This document shows positions 58,780 through 64,000 of a DNA stretch of 64,000 bases, one piece after another. The notes under the pieces are model-generated. The model had not been told where the DNA came from and searched no databases. It was given only the letters and a program-made list of their open reading frames with translations. The position numbers were made by a program, and so were the translations under genes. Source of the stretch: the human T2T-CHM13v2.0 reference genome, Homo sapiens. Position 1 is the first letter of the stretch, and the number at the start of each line of letters is the position of its first letter. Where the stretch lies: the NCBI RefSeq assembly GCF_009914755.1, contig NC_060932.1; one strand, written 5' to 3'.

Positions 58780-61700
58780 TTCAGACTCTCAGAGTAACAT
58801 GGGGCAGGTTCTTCCTGCTACTATAAACAACTAGAAAACTAGAGAAAGCATATATAACAATTTTTTGTGCATTAAACAACAGGCAGCACAGAATTCTGAT
58901 CTTTGGGAAGAATACAAATGAAATGAGCCCTAGAATTGCTCTGGCTTTTTCTTGGGGGCTCATTTCAGTTTTTGGTTCAGGGAGAGGGATCTTAAGTAGA
59001 GAGGAGAGAAATTGGACTTTAAGAAAACTGAGGAGTCTAGAGGTTATGGGGCAGAGAGGGGGATACTACATAGAAAAATAAGCTTTAGGAAACAATTTGA
59101 GAGTCACCTAGAGTATTTTCTTAATTCTTAATTGGTCCACATAGAGTGATAATACATGAAACTAGTGAAGAAATATCAGGGAGCTGTAAATGAAATAATT
59201 TCCACAGATCACACAGGATAGAGAGATAGTCAAGCTTTCATCAGCTACAGTAAAGTTATTTTAGGTCACTCAGGGAATTTGGTAGAAATGTCAAAATGTT
59301 CTTAATTTAATATTATGGTTAAATAATACTTAGGATAAAGGCTACTCTAGACTCACCCTAACAAAGGTTAAACAATAGCCTCATGAGGATCAAGCTTATT
59401 ATGAGAAACAAAGCCTGCTAGAACAAGTACAACAAAATCCAGAACTCAAGTATGTAACAACACAATATCTAGCATCTGGTCAGGAATTTTAGGATATGAC
59501 AAAAGCTAGAAAATGCCTCCATGACTAAAAGAAAAAACAGCCATGAGAAACAGGCCGGGAAATAATAAAGGTGATGGAATTGGCAGAAAAGGACTTCAAA
59601 AGAACTATTTTATTCTGTATATCAGCAGGGATTTAAAGGAAAACATGAACATCATGAGATGAAAAATGAAAGATTTTTTTAAAAAACCAAATAGAACTGG
59701 AGATGAGAAATACTAAAATGAGAAAAACACTAGATGAGATTTATAGCAGAGTAGACACAAGCAAAAAAAATAAAAAGATAAATGAACTTAAAGCCATAAT
59801 GATTGAAATGAAGCAGAAAAGAAAAAACAAAACTTAGTAAAAGGAATAGATCCTCAGGGAACTATGGGACAACATCAAGTGGTCTATCAAGTGTGCTATT
59901 TGAGTTCCAAAAGGATGAGAAAGACTCAAAGAAAAAAATTAAAGAAATAAACAATTTCCAAATTTCTAACACCAAGCACATTGCAACAAATTATTTCGCA
60001 AAATGGGTAAAGACTAAGACTTAAAGGCAGCTGAAAAAAAAAAATAAATGTTATATAAAAAGAATGACAACAGACTACTTGTCAGAGATTATGAAAACCA
60101 GAAGACATTCAATGAACATCTTGAAAGTGCTATCAGGATAAAAACCAACTTGTCAATCAAGAATTCTTTATCCAGTGAACATTTGATTTTAAATATAAAA
60201 GCAAGGTAAAGACCTTTTGTAGACAAGCAAATGTGAGAGAATTCATGACCATTAGACCTGAACTATAAGAGATGTTAAATGTAGCTCATGAGGCTGAAAT
60301 TGGCAGATGAACATGTAGATCTACACAAAGGAATCAAAAGAATCAGAAAACATAATTACATGAGTAAAAATAAAATAATTTTTTCTTAGTTTTTAGGATT
60401 TTTAAAAAAATTGATCCAAAAATAATATCCAGAAATAGCGACAATGCATTGTGAAGTTTATAGAATATGTAGAAGTGAAATGTATGACAAAAATAACAAA
60501 GTAATTGGAGGAGGAAATGGAAATATACTGTTTTAATTTTATTACATTTTATGTGAAATATAATATTAGTTGAAGGTAGACTAAATTAAGTGTAAGGTGC
60601 ATCCTGTAGATCCTAGAACCATCACACAAAAAATAAATAAAGCAACACACAGATAATAAACCAACAGTGGAGATAAAATGCAATACAAACTAATAATACA
60701 AAAGAAGGAAGAAAAAGAGAAAAGGAAAAAAGAAGAATAAATGTGATAAAGAGAAGACAAAGAGCAAGAAGGTAAATTTAAACCCAAATACATGAATAAT
60801 TACATTAAATTAAATTCTAATTAAAAGACTGAGAGGTGGGATAGAAAATCAAGACAAATATATGCTTTTTAAAGCAAAACCATTTTAAATTTAAAAAAAC
60901 TGTAGATTAAAGGTGAAAGATGAAATAAGCTTTATTATGACAAACTTATAAGAAAACTAGAGAAGGTATAACATAGCTAAAATCCACTTCAGAACAAAGA
61001 ATATTACTAGAGATAGAGAGATATTTCACTGCTAAAAAGGGTCAATTTATCAATAAAATATAATAATCCTTAATATATATATATACCTAATAATAGAGCT
61101 TCTAAATACCTGAAGCAAAAACTGACAGTTGTTAAAGAGACATGGTTAAGTCTACATTTATAGTTGAAGATTTTAATAATTCTTTCAGTAAGTAATAGGA
61201 CATATAGAATATCAAAAAGGATATAGAAGACCTGAACAACACTATCAAGGAACTTAACATAATTGATATTTATAGAATACTCCCAGCCACAACAGAGAAC
61301 AAGCATGAAAAACATTCAGATAGACCATGTTCCAGGCCATACCATAAAACTAGCCTAAATACATTTTTAAATGTTTAAATAATAAAGGTATGTATTGTGA
61401 CCACAGTAAAATTAAGATAGAAATCAATAACACATCGATCTGCAACATTTCTTAGTATTTACAAATCAAACAGCACATTTCTAAATGACCCATGGGTCAA
61501 AGAAAAAATTCAACTCACTAAAACTAAAAATTCAAAAGATTTCAATTTGTGGAACATGCTGCTAAAGCAAAATTTAGTGTAAAATTTATCACTTCAAATG
61601 TTTATATTAGAAAAGGAAGATGTATGGAAATCAATTATATCAGCTTTCAACTTGAGTCTAGAAAAAGATCACATCGAACCCAAATAATTAAAAGGAAGGG

Positions 61701-61790
61701 CATATTAATGATGAGAGCAGGAATCAATGAAATAGAAAATAGACAAACATGGAGAAAATCAGTGAGTCCAAAGATTGTTTTTCTGCATAT
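58780..61790 (+). mobile_element. Old L1M (L1MC/ME-like) 5' region, ORF1 and ORF2 endonuclease region, degenerate
   Basis: GATGGAATTGGCAGAAAAGGACTTCAAA, CAAGAATTCTTATCCAGTGAA, ATATACCTAATAATAGAGCTTCTAAATACCTGAAGCAAAAACTGACAG, CTAAATGACCCATGGGTCAAAGAA. Confidence 0.75.
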
Positions 61791-62046
61791 ATCAAGAAAG
61801 CAGTCCCAAATCATAACTCTAGTGAAATGTTAGGCGGTTTGGCATAAGCTAAATCAAGACAAGAGAAGGAAAGGAGGGAAATGTCACCCTGCTTTGGGAG
61901 GATGTTTTCCACTTTTCCAGTGCATTTTACTACCTTTGGGCTCCTTGACAGTTTGTTGGAATGCTGTTAGGAATAATCTGAAGCTCACTAGAATAGATAA
62001 TATCGCCTCCGGATAATTTCCACGGATCTTTTTAGAAAGAGGTTTC

Positions 62047-62345
62047 GGCCAGGCATGGTGACTCACACCTGTAATCCCAGCTCTTTGGGAGGCTGAGGCG
62101 GGCAGATCACCTGAGGTCAGGAGTTTGAGACAGCCTGGCCAACATGGTGAAAACCCTGTCTCTACTAAAAATACAAAAATTACCCAGGTGTGGTGGCAGC
62201 TGTCAATAATCCCCGCTACTTGGGAGGCTGAGGCAGGAGAATTGCTGAACCTGGGAGGTGGAGGTTGCAGTGAGCCAAGATCACGCTACTGTACTCTAGC
62301 CTGGGTGACAGAGCAAGATTCTGTGTCAAAAAAACAAACAAAAAA
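62047..62345 (+). mobile_element. AluSx-like (proximal partner of the duplication)
   Basis: Full dimer. TSD remnant AAAGAGGTTTC before and AAGGAGCTTTC after. Confidence 0.93.
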
Positions 62346-62695
62346 GGAGCTTTCAAAATATCACTCGTAGGACTGCAAATAATGGCATAAAACATTGGTG
62401 TAATTGAAACAGGGTATTTGATCTAGATAACAACAGAGGTTTAGTATCCTAATCTGTAATACTTGAAAGACTGACTAGATGGTGTACATATTTCTAACTC
62501 TATAATTTGGTGACTTTATATATCTGTAAGCTGACAAATGGATTGATAGATGAAGTAGGAATTTGAATATTTAGAGCCTTTATATAAATTAAGTTTTATT
62601 AATAAGTTGAGTAGTAAACTGCAAAGTGATTGTAACCTCAGCCTGACTATTTCAACCTCTTCACTTTCAACTGAAGTTAAGATTTGTATTGGGAA

Positions 62696-62846
62696 GGCAG
62701 ACACGGTGGTGTGTGTCTATAGTCCCAACTACTCGGGAGGTTGAGGCAGGAGGAGTTTGAGGCTGTATTGTGCCATGATTGAGCCTGTGAATAGCCACTG
62801 TATTGGGTAACACAGTCAGATCCTGTTTCAAAAAAAAAAAAAAAAA
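62696..62846 (+). mobile_element. Fossil Alu monomer (FAM-like, 7SL-derived)
   Basis: A single arm containing the 7SL/FAM segment GCCTGTGAATAGCCACTG, then a poly(A). TSD AAGATTTGTATTG (62679-62691) / AAGATTTGTGTTG (62845-62857). Confidence 0.75.
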
Positions 62847-63264
62847 GATTTGTGTTGAGCTCCTAGAGAATTCAAGCGACATGTTTTCTAGATAAAGTAA
62901 AACCTCCATTCATGCTCTCATTCTTCTTAAATTATCTATTTTCCCTCATTCATGAAATATTCAACAGTTTATATTTTCTTCTTCTCTCTTGTTTTTCATC
63001 ATATCACTTTCATCTGGTCCCCTTTCTTTTGCTGGGACTATAGTATTGATATTTCTCTGGTTTACTTTCCATTCCTCCCTCCACACCTCCTTCCCTTTTT
63101 CCTCCCTTTCTGAAGATGTTTTTCTTTGTCATATCATCTATGGTTATACAACTTAGAAAGATAGCTTTTGGATATTTGGAAAATGGTCAGTATTATCCTT
63201 GTCCATTGGGAGACATTCTCAAGTTGTGTGAATAAGGTCTTCAACATTTTCTCAGCATTTTTGA

Positions 63265-63619
<355 letters not shown>

Positions 63620-64000
63620 GGAGCTTTCAAAATATCACTCGTAGGACTGCAAATAATGGCATAAAACATTGGTGTAATTGAAACAGGGTATTTGATCTAG
63701 ATAACAACAGAGGTTTAGTATCCTAATCTGTAATACTTGAAAGACTGACTAGATGGTGTACATATTTCTAACTCTATAATTTGGTGACTTTATATATCTG
63801 TAAGCTGACAAATGGATTGATAGATGAAGTAGGAATTTGAATATTTAGAGCCTTTATATAAATTAAGTTTTATTAATAAGTTGAGTAGTAAACTGCAAAG
63901 TGATTGTAACCTCAGCCTGACTATTTCAACCTCTTCACTTTCAACTGAAGTTAAGATTTGTATTGGGAAGGCAGACACGGTGGTGTGTGTCTATAGTCCC

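Overview
This is AT-rich, repeat-dense primate genomic DNA (hominoid-type: AluY and L1PA2/3 are present), most likely intergenic or intronic. I see no host protein-coding exon; almost every ORF in the track comes from L1, Alu, LTR or Tigger sequence, or is a chance ORF. The main features are: (1) a full-length ~6.0 kb L1PA2/3 on the minus strand (8016-14055) with intact ORF1, intact antisense ORF0, an ORF2 broken by four lesions, a 10-bp TSD and a 34-bp 3' transduction; (2) a near full-length old L1 (L1PA15/16-like, 48470-56405) carrying nested L1 and Alu insertions; (3) a MER11 solo LTR with a 6-bp TSD; (4) MaLR LTRs, Charlie and Tigger7/MER44 DNA-transposon fossils, and many old L1M, L2 and MIR fragments; (5) about 12 Alu-family elements. 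The most notable structures are a very recent 1274-bp Alu-Alu-mediated tandem duplication that creates a chimeric Alu at the right edge, an ancient diverged ~200-bp duplication (19.75/21.06 kb), and up to three L1 3' transductions of different ages. I found no convincing new biological system. Subfamily calls come from remembered consensus features, not from an alignment run.
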